A DNA stretch of 64,000 nt from Candidatus Omnitrophota bacterium (GCA_043805735.1 JAZDHS010000024.1:2792-66791); one strand, 5' to 3'. Counted from the stretch's first letter, positions 28,091-38,783 are shown. Numbers and translations are program-made. The notes: generated from the sequence alone by a model not told the origin.

Positions 28091-28746
28091 AAGATCCCTT
28101 CCTAGATCTGCGCCAACAAATGGTAGAAGAGCAATTGGCCAACCGCGACATTCGTGATCAGCGGGTATTAGCGGCCTGCCAAAAAGTTCCGCGCCATAAA
28201 TTTGTGCCTAAGGCGTATAGCGCCAAGGCCTACCAGGATTACCCCTTGCCGATCGGAGAAGAGCAAACCATTTCCCAGCCTTATATGGTGGCGCTGATGA
28301 CGCAGTGCCTTGGGCTTTCGGGCCAAGAAAAGGTGTTGGAAATCGGTACCGGTTCAGGTTATCAAACGGCGTTATTAGCCGAGCTGGCTCAACAGGTGTA
28401 CAGCGTTGAACGCTTGCCGGCTTTAGCGGAAAAAGCCCAGCTGGTCCTGGCGGAATTAGGCTACCGCAATATTGAAATTAAAGCCGGGGACGGGACTCAA
28501 GGGTGGCCGCAACACGGCCCCTTTGACGCAATTATTGTTACTGCCGGCGCTCCGGATATACCGGCTCCGTTAATCGAACAGTTAAAGGAGGGGGGCCGGC
28601 TAGTTATTCCTTTGGGAGGGCGCTTCACTCAGACGCTGGCGGTGGTCACGAAGAATAAACAGGGTACGCTCAGACAAGATTGGTGCGGATGCATCTTTGT
28701 TCCTCTGGTCGGACGATACGGATGGGGAGAGGAAAATGCTCAGTAA
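28087..28746 (+). CDS. pcm: Protein-L-isoaspartate O-methyltransferase
   Basis: QTISQPYMVA, VLEIGTGSGYQ, FDAIIVTA, FVPLVG. Confidence 0.97.
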   Translation: MKDPFLDLRQQMVEEQLANRDIRDQRVLAACQKVPRHKFVPKAYSAKAYQDYPLPIGEEQTISQPYMVALMTQCLGLSGQEKVLEIGTGSGYQTALLAELAQQVYSVERLPALAEKAQLVLAELGYRNIEIKAGDGTQGWPQHGPFDAIIVTAGAPDIPAPLIEQLKEGGRLVIPLGGRFTQTLAVVTKNKQGTLRQDWCGCIFVPLVGRYGWGEENAQ

Positions 28747-29248
28747 ACTCTTGCTGTTAATAAAAGATTTACCGCACGAAGCCATCACGCTGATCATTGC
28801 CGCGCTGCCGCTGGCCGAGTTAAGAGGGTCAATACCAGTGGCATTGCTTACTCTTAAAGAGCCGATAGCGAAAACATTTATCCTTTCAGTGATCGGTAAT
28901 CTTCTGCCCATTATTCCGTTTTTATTGCTGTTAGAGCCGCTTTCCGAAAAATTACGCCACTTTCGGCTTTGGCGTAATTTTTTTGACTATCTCTTTGAGC
29001 AAACGAAAAAAAAGGCAGCGTTAATAGAGAAGTACGAAGCCGTTGGCTTGATGCTGTTTGTGGCCGTGCCTTTACCGATGACCGGGGCCTGGTCAGGATG
29101 CATTGCCGCGTCGCTATTTAAGATCCGCTTCCGCTATGCCTTATTAGCAATAACCTTAGGTGTAATTATCGCCGGCGTCATCGTCACCGCGGTTACTCTC
29201 ATCGGTAAGGGGATATTCATAAAGCTATTTTTGGCACCTACGGCATAA
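28736..29248 (+). CDS. Small multi-drug export family membrane protein (COG2426-like)
   Basis: PLAELRGSIP, LFVAVPLPMTGAWSG. Confidence 0.9.
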   Translation: MLSKLLLLIKDLPHEAITLIIAALPLAELRGSIPVALLTLKEPIAKTFILSVIGNLLPIIPFLLLLEPLSEKLRHFRLWRNFFDYLFEQTKKKAALIEKYEAVGLMLFVAVPLPMTGAWSGCIAASLFKIRFRYALLAITLGVIIAGVIVTAVTLIGKGIFIKLFLAPTA

Positions 29249-29263
29249 AAGAGGGTCTCGGCT

Positions 29264-29839
29264 GTGCCACTGCCAGCGAAAAAAAAATTCGACCTTGTCA
29301 ACTGGGTCTGCCTGGGTATTTTGGGGCCACTTTTTTTAGGTGTCTTTACATATTGCCCGTTTAAGATGCCTTTTATCTACTGCGCGCTCTGTCCCGTACG
29401 CTGTCCTTGGTTTTACTTACGGGGCTATGTCTTGGCGGGAGCGCTGGTCTTAAATGTCCGCCAAAACCTTTTTTGCGCACGGATCTGCCCTTATGGTACG
29501 CTGCAAGTAGCGCTGGCTAAAATTAGCCATAAAAAGATCGTCCTGCCCGCCGCCTTACGTTATGCTCAATGGGGTAGCATTGTCCTTTTGGCGCTCTTAG
29601 TATGGACTAGCTTTCATCCCCAGCTAATCGCAACCACCATCGCCGGCATTAGTCTAGGAACGCTGGCAATCATTAAAATGAGATGGTTATTATTGGGCTT
29701 GTTTACCTTAAGCATCTTGCTCAGTATTATTAATTATCGTTGCTTTTGTAATCACCTTTGTCCGGTGAGAACGATCAGCGGATTTCTCCATCGCCTGGGC
29801 TTTAAACGACGTAGAGGAAATGATGTTTTCAACGGATAG
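29264..29839 (+). CDS. Membrane 4Fe-4S-binding protein (NapH/MauN-like CxxxCP motifs)
   Basis: CALCPVRCP, FCARICPYG, FCNHLCPV between TM helices. Confidence 0.8.
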   Translation: MPLPAKKKFDLVNWVCLGILGPLFLGVFTYCPFKMPFIYCALCPVRCPWFYLRGYVLAGALVLNVRQNLFCARICPYGTLQVALAKISHKKIVLPAALRYAQWGSIVLLALLVWTSFHPQLIATTIAGISLGTLAIIKMRWLLLGLFTLSILLSIINYRCFCNHLCPVRTISGFLHRLGFKRRRGNDVFNG

Positions 29840-30473
29840 AACCTTAAGCCTTTCTCTTTTGGTTTCGCTGATTTTTCATCTCTTTATCTTTCTGCCCCTA
29901 CCCATACTACGCTACCAACCGCAGTCAAGGAGCGAACTGCCGCTGGAAGTTACTTATGTCGTCCTGGCCCAAGCCGCGGCTAAAAAGACACCGCCAGCGC
30001 CCAAACCAGCAAATTCAGCTCAAGATACTGCCGCTTCAACCAAACTAACGGTCCAGGCCCAGGCAGTAGAGCCACCGCCAATCCCTACGCCGGTGATACA
30101 ATCAGCGCCCGCGGTTATTCCGGCAAAAAGCGAGGCCGAAACAATTGAAATTCCCCCGGACTTGCCTAAGGAAAAAGAGGGCACTTATATTGATTATTAT
30201 CAATCGATCCGTGAAAAAATCCGGCTTTTTGTCGAAAAAAATTATCCCCGTTTTATCGATTACGGCGAGGTCTGCCTCTATTTTGTGCTCCAGCCTAATG
30301 GAAAACTGGCGCAAATGCAGGTGCTTAAAGAAAGATCAACCGCCAACAATCAACTCATTGACATTGTCAAACGCAGCGTCAAACAAGCGGCTCCTTTTCC
30401 GGCCTTCCCGCAAAATTTAAGCTCGGAACAGCTTTCCTTCAATGTCACCGTATCGTTCGAACGGGCCGAATAG
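29820..30473 (+). CDS. TonB/TolA-family protein
   Basis: TM anchor SLIFH, Pro-rich linker, C-terminal AAPFPAFP. Confidence 0.85.
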   Translation: MMFSTDRTLSLSLLVSLIFHLFIFLPLPILRYQPQSRSELPLEVTYVVLAQAAAKKTPPAPKPANSAQDTAASTKLTVQAQAVEPPPIPTPVIQSAPAVIPAKSEAETIEIPPDLPKEKEGTYIDYYQSIREKIRLFVEKNYPRFIDYGEVCLYFVLQPNGKLAQMQVLKERSTANNQLIDIVKRSVKQAAPFPAFPQNLSSEQLSFNVTVSFERAE

Positions 30474-30491
30474 CAAAGGGTTAAAATCTAT

Positions 30492-30520
30492 TTGCTATTT
30501 GCCAAAAACAATGGTATACT
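30492..30520 (+). promoter_or_regulatory. Sigma70-type promoter for the small membrane protein and rpsU
   Basis: TTGCTA-17nt-TATACT with extended -10 TG. Confidence 0.7.
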
Positions 30521-30547
30521 GAAAATTCCCGAAAGGAGCGATAAAAA

Positions 30548-30745
30548 ATGGCACCGCAAGAAAAAAAAGTCGGCGCGCAAACTTTCGGCGCGGTGGTAAA
30601 AGTGCTGATCGGCCTGGGGTTACTGATACTGGGCTGCCAACTTATCTGGATCTGGAAAAATGAAGTCCTGGCGGTCATTAAAGGCTTCGTGGGAATAACG
30701 GTGATTTTAGCCGGGGTAATCTTTTTAGCCATCGCCAAGGAATAA
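30548..30745 (+). CDS. Small two-TM membrane protein
   Basis: SD aaggag; two hydrophobic helices. Confidence 0.8.
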   Translation: MAPQEKKVGAQTFGAVVKVLIGLGLLILGCQLIWIWKNEVLAVIKGFVGITVILAGVIFLAIAKE

Positions 30746-30784
30746 GACAGTTTAAAAAATCGTTAAAGGAAAGAAGGGATAAAG

Positions 30785-30940
30785 ATGCCCAGAGTGGAAA
30801 TAAAGGAGGGCGAGCCGCTGGAAAAGGCGCTGCGCAGGTTTAAGCGTAAGATCGAACGGGAAGGAATTCTCAAACAAATTAAGGCGCGCAAACATTATGA
30901 AAAACCTAGCGAGCGCAAGCGTAGAAGAAACAAACAATAA
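30785..30940 (+). CDS. rpsU: 30S ribosomal protein S21
   Basis: Read manually: MPRVEIKEGEPLEKALRRFKRKIEREGILKQIKARKHYEKPSERKRRRNKQ*; not in the ORF track. Confidence 0.97.
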   Translation: MPRVEIKEGEPLEKALRRFKRKIEREGILKQIKARKHYEKPSERKRRRNKQ

Positions 30941-33623
30941 TTTTTCACTGAGCCACAGAGGAGCCTCTTTATTAGGGCGTAGCCTGTGGCTTTTATTTTG
31001 CTGTTATTTATTTAGTGCTTACTATAATCCTCATTGTGTAGCCACCGAGCCACCCGGCGCTAAGCCGCTTTTCGCTCAAGAGGGCGTCATCCGCCACGAG
31101 CTCGGTAACGGGATGACGGTATTCTTAAAAGCGAATCACACTGTGCCGCTGGTGAACATCTTCTTATGTGTTCGTTCGGGCAGTGCCCAAGAGGCCGAAT
31201 TAGCCGGTAGCGGCGTTTCTCATCTTATCGAACATATGGTCTTTAAAGGGACCGCGACCCGCGGGGCGGGAGAAATCTTCCGCGAGATTGAGTCTTACGG
31301 CGCAACGATTAACGCCTTTACCAGTTATGATTATACCGGCTATACCATTACGGTGCCGCGCGAACATACTCCAGCGGCCTTGGCGGTGCTGGCCGATATG
31401 CTCATCAATGCGGCCTTTGCCCCCGAAGAGTTGGTGAAGGAAAAAGAGGTCGTGTTAAAAGAAATAAAAATGAATCGCGACGACCCCGAGCGTTATGTCA
31501 ACCGGCTGCTTTGGGAAATGGCGTATACAACGCACCCCTACAGATTGCCGATTCTCGGAGAAGAGCAGGCCTTTGCCGCCTTGGATCGTGCGGCTATTAT
31601 TAATTTTTATCAAAACGCCTACGTTCCCGAAAAAATGGTGCTGAGCATCGTCGGCGATATCGATACTGATCAATGCCTGCCTTTGGTCCGGGAAATCTGG
31701 GGAGGTTTTAGTCGCGCTAGCGCACCGGCATCAGCTATTGCCGTTGAACCGGAACAAACCACACTGCGTACAACAGAGGTCGAATTCACCGCCAGCCTGA
31801 CATACTTGACGCTGGGGTATCACAGCGTGGCGATTACTGACGAAGACCTGTTTGCCTTGGATGTAGCGGCAACGATTTTAGGGGCAGGGGAAAGCTCGCG
31901 GCTGTATAATCTGCTCTATCGCCAAAAAGAACTTGTTTACAGTATCGGGGCCTTAAATTATACTCCGCGTTTTAGCGGGCTGTTTATTATTTCGGCATTG
32001 TTAGAAGAGTCCCATCGTGAAGAAGCCGTAGCGCTCATCTTCGATCAGATCGCCCAATTGCAGAATTCGCTGGTAAGCGCCGACGAGGTTGAAGCGGCCA
32101 AAAACAAAATCGTCAGCGATATTCTATTTTCCCTGCAAACCCTCTCCGACCAGGCCCAAGACCTGGCGCTCAATGAAGTATTAACGAACAACGTGCGCTT
32201 TACCGAAACTTACCTGGAAAATATCGAGCGCGTTGGCCCTGAAGATGTTCAAAGGGTGGCCCAAAAATATTTACAGCAATCAAGGTTAACGATCGCGGCG
32301 CTGAAGCCCCTGGCTAAAGCAAAAAGCCCGGCTGAGCGGCCGATACGAAAAAAGTTTATCCTGGGCCTAGAGCAGCTTTCCGCAAATGAAGAGCATAACG
32401 ACGTAAAGAGATTCACTTTAGATAACGGCATTACCCTTTTAGTCAGCGAAAATAAAGATACGCCGCTGGCCACAATCTGCGCCGTTTTTCAAGGAGGCCT
32501 GCGCGCGGAAGACGAAAAGACTAATGGAATATCCAATCTGATGGTTAAGCTGCTGGATAAGGGTACGAAAACCCGGGATGCTGAAGAAATTGCCCGCCAG
32601 ATTGAGTCGAAAGGCGCGCATTTATCCGCCTACAGCGGGTACAACAGTTTCTTGATCACTCTCGACTTATTAAGCCGAGATCTGGACCAAATGCTGCCGC
32701 TATTGGCGCAATTGATCCTTAACCCCATTTTTCCACAGCACGAACTGGACCGGCAGAAAGAGCAAAACCTGGCGCAGATAAAAGCCCAGGAAGACAATTT
32801 ATTTGAATCGGGAAACTTAACCCTTAAGCAAGCCTTATTCCAAAAACATCCTTACCGTTTTCAGCCGCTGGGCAACAAGAAATCACTCAAGCGATTAACC
32901 CGATCTGACATTAGCGCATTTTACCAGAAGTACTGTGTCGGTAAAAACATGGTCCTGGCTATTTTTGGCGATGTCAACACCGATACGGTAGTCGCACAGG
33001 CACGCGAGTATTTTGCTACTTTGCCGGCGGGAGAAAAGGCCTTGATATTTGCGCCAAAAGAAGAAAAACGGGCCGTGCGTACGGCAACAGTACTGATGCC
33101 TAAACAACAAAGCCTGGTGCTGATGGGCTTTCCGGGAACTACTGTTTATAGCGATGATAAATTTGCCCTGGAAATAATCTGCCAAATTCTTTCTCAGTCT
33201 TCGGGACGGCTTTTTAATCAAATCCGGGAACAAAATGCTCAAGCCTACACCCTGGGGGCGCATCAAGTCACCGGCCTCGATCCGGGATCAATAGTAATAT
33301 ACGTGGCGACCACTCAAGAAAATGTGCCCACGGTAACCGAGACACTGCGGGCACAACTGGCCCAACTAGCCGCAGCACCTTTAAGCGCGGCCGAGTTGGC
33401 TCAAGCTAAAAGGGCACTGGTGAGCGAAAAATTAATCGGGCGCCAGACCAATACCGCCCGGGCCTTAGAAGGCGCTCTCGATGAACTTTATAGCCTGGGC
33501 TACGATTATTACCGCAGCTATGCCGAGCATATTAACGCGGTCGATGCCCAAACTGTCCAGCGTTGCGCCACCACCTATTTTGATTTCAAAAATTATGCCC
33601 TCGTTACTGTTGGGCCTAAATAA
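30897..33623 (+). CDS. M16 family zinc protease, two fused halves (true start probably downstream)
   Basis: HLIEH (HxxEH), NAFTS, HPY motifs; second half lacks the zinc motif; track start overlaps rpsU. Confidence 0.92.
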   Translation: MKNLASASVEETNNNFSLSHRGASLLGRSLWLLFCCYLFSAYYNPHCVATEPPGAKPLFAQEGVIRHELGNGMTVFLKANHTVPLVNIFLCVRSGSAQEAELAGSGVSHLIEHMVFKGTATRGAGEIFREIESYGATINAFTSYDYTGYTITVPREHTPAALAVLADMLINAAFAPEELVKEKEVVLKEIKMNRDDPERYVNRLLWEMAYTTHPYRLPILGEEQAFAALDRAAIINFYQNAYVPEKMVLSIVGDIDTDQCLPLVREIWGGFSRASAPASAIAVEPEQTTLRTTEVEFTASLTYLTLGYHSVAITDEDLFALDVAATILGAGESSRLYNLLYRQKELVYSIGALNYTPRFSGLFIISALLEESHREEAVALIFDQIAQLQNSLVSADEVEAAKNKIVSDILFSLQTLSDQAQDLALNEVLTNNVRFTETYLENIERVGPEDVQRVAQKYLQQSRLTIAALKPLAKAKSPAERPIRKKFILGLEQLSANEEHNDVKRFTLDNGITLLVSENKDTPLATICAVFQGGLRAEDEKTNGISNLMVKLLDKGTKTRDAEEIARQIESKGAHLSAYSGYNSFLITLDLLSRDLDQMLPLLAQLILNPIFPQHELDRQKEQNLAQIKAQEDNLFESGNLTLKQALFQKHPYRFQPLGNKKSLKRLTRSDISAFYQKYCVGKNMVLAIFGDVNTDTVVAQAREYFATLPAGEKALIFAPKEEKRAVRTATVLMPKQQSLVLMGFPGTTVYSDDKFALEIICQILSQSSGRLFNQIREQNAQAYTLGAHQVTGLDPGSIVIYVATTQENVPTVTETLRAQLAQLAAAPLSAAELAQAKRALVSEKLIGRQTNTARALEGALDELYSLGYDYYRSYAEHINAVDAQTVQRCATTYFDFKNYALVTVGPK
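30951..30999 (+). terminator. Terminator-like hairpin after rpsU
   Basis: agccacag...ctgtggct followed by tttatttt. Confidence 0.55.
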
Positions 33624-33631
33624 AAAAGACT

Positions 33632-34549
33632 ATGTTCGCACTTTCTACGTCCTGGAATTCCTGGAAACATCACCATGCCCAAGATATCATTAACGAAATT
33701 AAACCCCTGGGATTTACGCAGGTTGAGCTTAATTTTAGCCTGAGCGAATCACTGGTCCAGGAAATGGGCGAGCTGCAAAAAAAGGGCCTTATCTCTATTG
33801 TATCGGTACATAATTTTTGCCCCATTCCGTTGGGGATATCCCGTAAAGAGGCTTCTCCGGACTCACCATCGCTTTCATCTACGGACGAACAGGAGAGGGC
33901 GTTAGCGGTTAAGTTTACCAAGCGCACTATCGACACTGCGCTCAGGCTAGGCGCCGCTTGTGTCGTACTGCACACCGGCAGAGTGCGGATGCGTGAAAAG
34001 ATTCGCGAGTTGGCGGCTTTGAAAAACAATTCAGAAGAACGAAAGTTCACCGCCCTGAAAAACCGGTTGATCAAAGAACGCAGCGCAAAATCGCCCCGAT
34101 TCTTCAATCAGGTGCTCAAAAGCCTAGATGAACTCTCAGGCTACGCCCTGACGCACAAAATAAAACTAGGCATCGAAAACCGTTTTTATGTCAGCGAGAT
34201 CCCTTTAGGGCAAGAATTGGATCTGTTGTTTGCGCGCTTTCCCTCGCCGCCGGTTTATTACTGGCATGATGTCGGCCATGCCCAGATCTTTGAGTATCTG
34301 GGTTTTTCACGGCAGGAAACAAACTTAGAAAAATTCGCTCACCGGCTGGCCGGAATCCATCTGCATGATGTGCAAGAGATGAGTGACCACCGCGCACCGC
34401 TTACGGGCGCATTTGATTTTTCCCGTCTTCGGCCATATATGCAACGAGAGCTGATTAAGGTTATGGAAGTGCATCATCCCAGCACCAAAGAAGAAATTAT
34501 CCGCGGGCTCGACCACTTAAAGAAAGTCTTTTCCGAGGTAACGAGATGA
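33632..34549 (+). CDS. Sugar phosphate isomerase/epimerase (AP endonuclease 2 TIM barrel)
   Basis: VLHTG, GIEN, WHDVGH, IHLHD, DH motifs. Confidence 0.88.
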   Translation: MFALSTSWNSWKHHHAQDIINEIKPLGFTQVELNFSLSESLVQEMGELQKKGLISIVSVHNFCPIPLGISRKEASPDSPSLSSTDEQERALAVKFTKRTIDTALRLGAACVVLHTGRVRMREKIRELAALKNNSEERKFTALKNRLIKERSAKSPRFFNQVLKSLDELSGYALTHKIKLGIENRFYVSEIPLGQELDLLFARFPSPPVYYWHDVGHAQIFEYLGFSRQETNLEKFAHRLAGIHLHDVQEMSDHRAPLTGAFDFSRLRPYMQRELIKVMEVHHPSTKEEIIRGLDHLKKVFSEVTR

Positions 34550-35346
34550 TTCGCCAGGCTTATGTTTCCGGACAGTTTTATCCGGCCGATGTTGCCGGTT
34601 TAAAAAAACAGCTGGAAACTTTTATTGAGAAAAAAGTAAAAAAAGAAAATGCGCTGGGCATTGTTGCGCCTCACGCCGGGTATATGTATTCGGGACCGGT
34701 GGCCGGTGCCTGTTATTCGCGCATTCGCGTCACCCCAACCGTAGTGATTATCGGACCCAACCATACGGGGATGGGTGAGCCTTTTAGCCTGATGAGTAAG
34801 GGAACGTGGCAAATGCCGCTGGGTAATGTCGAAATCAATACTGAACTGGCAGAGGCGATCCGACGGCGCTCTAAGTACCTGCAGCAAGACTCCCAGGCCC
34901 ACCTCCATGAACACTCGATCGAGGTGCAGATTCCTTTCCTGCAGTATTTTCTGCCGGAAGTGCGAATTGTGCCGCTTATTCTGGCTGGCGCGGACTTCGC
35001 GGTGTATGCCGAAATCGGAGCAGCCATCGCCGGGGCAATCAAGGAAAACAAGCCTGCGCTGATAGTCGCCTCAAGCGACATGACTCATTATCTGCCCCAT
35101 GAAAAAGCAAAAAGCCTGGATGCGCTGGCTATTGAGCGCATCCTTAAACTTGATGTCCAGGGATTATTGGATCTGGTCAAAGAAAAAAACATCTCAATGT
35201 GCGGATACGGTCCGGTAGCCTGCATGCTCTCGGCGGTGAAAGAACTTAAAGGCCGCGGCGCGCAGTTAATAAAATATCAGACCAGCGGCGAAACCGGGGG
35301 CGATTATTCGTCAGTGGTAGGATACGCGGGAATCGTGGTGAAATAA
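34546..35346 (+). CDS. amrB: MEMO1 family protein (AmmeMemoRadiSam system protein B)
   Basis: GQFYP, PHAGYMYSG, GPNH, EHSIEVQIPFLQ, SSDMTHY, MCGYGP, VVGYA. Confidence 0.95.
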   Translation: MIRQAYVSGQFYPADVAGLKKQLETFIEKKVKKENALGIVAPHAGYMYSGPVAGACYSRIRVTPTVVIIGPNHTGMGEPFSLMSKGTWQMPLGNVEINTELAEAIRRRSKYLQQDSQAHLHEHSIEVQIPFLQYFLPEVRIVPLILAGADFAVYAEIGAAIAGAIKENKPALIVASSDMTHYLPHEKAKSLDALAIERILKLDVQGLLDLVKEKNISMCGYGPVACMLSAVKELKGRGAQLIKYQTSGETGGDYSSVVGYAGIVVK

Positions 35347-35348
35347 CG

Positions 35349-36320
35349 ATGAATAGCCTTTTACTAATTTTGCTCATTATCCTAAGCTTTGCCGGTGCGC
35401 TTTGGGCAACGATCTTGCTGATTAAGCTTCTCAAGCCGCCAAAGCCAGAGATTTCTTTGCCGGAGCTGATGAAGGTGCTGGCCGATGTCGGCGCGCTTAA
35501 GGCCACCTTGCAAACCGTAGAAGGCGGGCAAAGAGACCTCTCGCTCTCAATTAAAGAAACGCAAAGAGTAACTGACAGCATCAAAACTGACTACGACTCC
35601 AGGAAACGGTTCTTTGAAGAATTACACAGTTCCATTGAAAGAATGGAACAAACCATCTCCGGGACAAAAAGAAGGGGAGAGGCGGGAGAAAATATCCTCC
35701 AGGATATACTTAAATCTTTCCCACCGCAAATGATTGCCCGGGGTTTTCGCATCGGCGGCAAAGAGGTGGAATTTGCGCTGGTCTTAAGTAACGAAAAGGT
35801 GGTACCGCTAGATTCTAAATGGGCCGCCCAGGAACTGCTCAAACAATTCGCTCAAGAATCTGACCCGCAGCAACAATTGGCGATCGGTATAAAAATTGAA
35901 AATGAAATCAATAAACGGGTAAGTGAAGTGGCACAATACATTGATCCCGCGCGTACTGTCCCCTGGGCCGTCGCGGCAATTCCTGATGCCGCTTTTGCGG
36001 TTTGCCGCCGGGCCCATCTCGATGCCTACCGCAGAGGCGTCATTGTCATTCCTTACAGCTTAGTCGTGCCTTATCTTTTGACACTGTTTAATCTACACCT
36101 GCAATATGCCGGCACAATTGATGTCGAAAATCTACAGCAGTATATTCTTAATATTAAACGCCAGCTTGAAGAAATGGAAAACATCCTGGAAAACAGCATT
36201 GTCCGCGCAATTAAAATGATCAGCAATGCCGCCAATGAATACCGCCAGGCCCTGGGTTCTATTCGCGGCAATCTACTAAATTTACAGCCACCCAAAGGCA
36301 ATACTGATGAAAAACCCTAA
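35349..36320 (+). CDS. rmuC: RmuC family protein
   Basis: TM plus coiled coil, RGEAGENIL, VPLDSKW, YIDP. Confidence 0.85.
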   Translation: MNSLLLILLIILSFAGALWATILLIKLLKPPKPEISLPELMKVLADVGALKATLQTVEGGQRDLSLSIKETQRVTDSIKTDYDSRKRFFEELHSSIERMEQTISGTKRRGEAGENILQDILKSFPPQMIARGFRIGGKEVEFALVLSNEKVVPLDSKWAAQELLKQFAQESDPQQQLAIGIKIENEINKRVSEVAQYIDPARTVPWAVAAIPDAAFAVCRRAHLDAYRRGVIVIPYSLVVPYLLTLFNLHLQYAGTIDVENLQQYILNIKRQLEEMENILENSIVRAIKMISNAANEYRQALGSIRGNLLNLQPPKGNTDEKP

Positions 36321-37260
36321 ACTATTGCTTATTTTGCGCCTGGCCGTGAGCCTATTTCTGCTGCTGCTGTTATTTTGGCTGGCCCGAGAACATCTTGGCA
36401 AAATCGGGGAACTTTTAAAAAATGTGAACCTCGGCTATTACGTCCTGGGATTGTTATTTTTTGTTCTTACCATTGTCATTCTCTGTTGGAGGCTGCAGAT
36501 CCTTTTAAGCGTCCAGGGATGCAACGTTTTTTCCTTCCAGGATATATTTTCGCTCAATCTGATCGGTTATTTTTTTACTAATTTTATGCCGACCTCGATC
36601 GGCGGCGATTTAGTCAAAGGTTTTTTTATTGCGCAAAAAATTAATAATAAGACCCTGGCCTACGCCACTATCTTTATCGACCGCGTAGTCGGGACGCTCT
36701 CTCTTGCGCTAATTGCCGCTTCGGCGTTAGTAGCTACCCACAAAGAAATTGAATATCCCTTTATTTTTTGGGCGGTCGGGTTTTTGCTTTTTATCAGCCT
36801 AGTGGTTATAACGTTTTTATTGAATAAAAGACTCTCACAGCAGATCAGCAACCGTTTTGGCCTAAAGCACTTATTGCGCATTTTAAAAATCGACGCCTTA
36901 GCAAAGAAGGCCTATGAAGCAATGCATATTTACGCCCACTACAAAAGACAAATGCTGATGGCTTTTCTGATTTCCCTGGCTGCCCATTTTATTACTTTTA
37001 CCTCAGTGCTTTTTCTGGCGCTCAGCCTGGGGGCGCATACCCCTTACGTAAAAATACTCTTAGCGGTGCCGGTAATCTCAATACTCTGCATGCTGCCGAT
37101 CACCTTAAATGGCCTGGGCCTGCGCGAATGGGCCTTTGTTTTTTTCTTCCGTACTGATATTGGCGAACCGGCCGCGCTTTCGCTTTCATTATTGCTTCTG
37201 TCGCTGTTTCTTTTAGTAAGCGTATTTGGCGGTATTGTCTATTTACTCAAGAAAGCTTAA
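36307..37260 (+). CDS. Lysylphosphatidylglycerol synthase TM/flippase-like protein (UPF0104)
   Basis: FMPTSIGGDLVK, DR, LPITLNGLGLRE. Confidence 0.9.
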   Translation: MKNPKLLLILRLAVSLFLLLLLFWLAREHLGKIGELLKNVNLGYYVLGLLFFVLTIVILCWRLQILLSVQGCNVFSFQDIFSLNLIGYFFTNFMPTSIGGDLVKGFFIAQKINNKTLAYATIFIDRVVGTLSLALIAASALVATHKEIEYPFIFWAVGFLLFISLVVITFLLNKRLSQQISNRFGLKHLLRILKIDALAKKAYEAMHIYAHYKRQMLMAFLISLAAHFITFTSVLFLALSLGAHTPYVKILLAVPVISILCMLPITLNGLGLREWAFVFFFRTDIGEPAALSLSLLLLSLFLLVSVFGGIVYLLKKA

Positions 37261-37275
37261 AAAGGGGGAAGGGTA

Positions 37276-37716
37276 ATGGCAAAAATTTTAGTGATCCACG
37301 GACCAAATCTTAATTTGTTGGGAAAACGCCAGCCCGAGGTTTACGGAACATTTACGCTGGAGGAAATCAACACTCAATTAAAGACCTTGGCCAAAAAGCA
37401 CAAAGTTAAGCTTGATTTTGTACATTCTAACCATGAAGGGGAAATTGTTGACGCCATCGGAAAGGCGAAGAAATCCTATGCCGCGCTATTAATTAATCCG
37501 GCGGCCTACACGCACACCAGTGTCGCTATACGCGATGCGATCGAAGCGGTTAAGCTCCCCACGGTTGAGGTACATCTCTCTAACATCTACGCACGTGAAG
37601 AATTTCGCCACCATTCGCTAATTGCCCCAGTAGCCAAAGGGCAAATTTGCGGTTTTGGCATTAATAGCTACCTCTTAGGACTGGAAGCGGCAATCCGGCT
37701 GGTAAAAAAGAAATGA
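37276..37716 (+). CDS. aroQ: Type II 3-dehydroquinate dehydratase
   Basis: [40 protein letters not shown]. Confidence 0.98.
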   Translation: MAKILVIHGPNLNLLGKRQPEVYGTFTLEEINTQLKTLAKKHKVKLDFVHSNHEGEIVDAIGKAKKSYAALLINPAAYTHTSVAIRDAIEAVKLPTVEVHLSNIYAREEFRHHSLIAPVAKGQICGFGINSYLLGLEAAIRLVKKK

Positions 37717-38762
37717 ACCTTTTGGGATTAAATAAAATCCGGGCACTTTTAGAACGCGATAGGCTCGATGGCCTGGTCGTCACCAAGCCGACGAATGTAT
37801 CTTACCTAAGCGACTTTACGGGTGAGGGGCAGCTGTTAATTTCTTCCACGCGCCAATTTCTGATTACCGATTTTCGCTTTCAGCAAGAAGCCTGGCAGGA
37901 AATCAAATCCTTTCAACTACTACCCAGAGAAAGCTTTGTCCCTTTAGAAGAAACCCTGGCTAACGCCGTAAAAAAGTTAAAAATTAAACGGTTGGGCTTT
38001 GAGGCCAATAACCTTTCCTTTTCTTTTTATCAAAAATTACTCAAGGCCTGCCCGCAAATTACTTTAGTGCCCACCCAGGAGCTGATTGAGCGCGTGCGGG
38101 CGATTAAAACCGCGCGCGAAATTCAGCTCTTGCGTAAAGCCGCGTCCTGCGCGGTAGCGAGTTTTGCCTTCGCCAAAAACATTATCAAAGAGGGTAAAAC
38201 CGAACAGGAAATCGCCGAAGGCATTCTCTATTTTATGAAGAAGAGCGGCGCCGAAACTTGCGCCTTTGACACTATCGTCGCTTCCGGCAAAAGAACGGCC
38301 CTGCCGCATGCCCGCATCAGCACTAAGACAATCAAGAAGAATGAGGCGATTATTGTTGACTTAGGCTGTCTTAAAGACGGCTATAATTCCGACTTGACAA
38401 GGGTAGTCTTTTTGGGTAAAATGAGTGGAAAAATTAAGCGGATTTATGACGTAGTCCTGCGAGCGCAAGAGCTTGCCATTCAAGCAGTAAGAGCCGGCGA
38501 ACCGATTCAAAAAATTGATAAAATCGCCCGCCATTACATCACTAAAGCGGGTTTCGGTCCCTACTTTGGCCACGCCCTAGGACATGGAATTGGAAGAGAA
38601 GTCCACGAGTACCCCGTGATTTCACCCCGCAATCAAGAGGCAATTCAGGAAGGAATGGTCTTCACTATTGAACCGGGAATTTATCTGCCTGGATTAGGGG
38701 GCATTCGCATTGAAGATATGGTGCTGGCGACTAAAACCGGCGCCGAAATACTCACACATTAA
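37713..38762 (+). CDS. Xaa-Pro peptidase (M24B)
   Basis: DLG...[32 protein letters not shown]. Confidence 0.95.
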   Translation: MNLLGLNKIRALLERDRLDGLVVTKPTNVSYLSDFTGEGQLLISSTRQFLITDFRFQQEAWQEIKSFQLLPRESFVPLEETLANAVKKLKIKRLGFEANNLSFSFYQKLLKACPQITLVPTQELIERVRAIKTAREIQLLRKAASCAVASFAFAKNIIKEGKTEQEIAEGILYFMKKSGAETCAFDTIVASGKRTALPHARISTKTIKKNEAIIVDLGCLKDGYNSDLTRVVFLGKMSGKIKRIYDVVLRAQELAIQAVRAGEPIQKIDKIARHYITKAGFGPYFGHALGHGIGREVHEYPVISPRNQEAIQEGMVFTIEPGIYLPGLGGIRIEDMVLATKTGAEILTH

Positions 38763-38783
38763 CACCCGAAAGGTACCCCGCGC

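Noticed and set aside
34546-35346. Complete AmmeMemoRadiSam system
   Set aside because: Only the MEMO1 component is present; no AMMECR1 or partner radical SAM gene is in the window.
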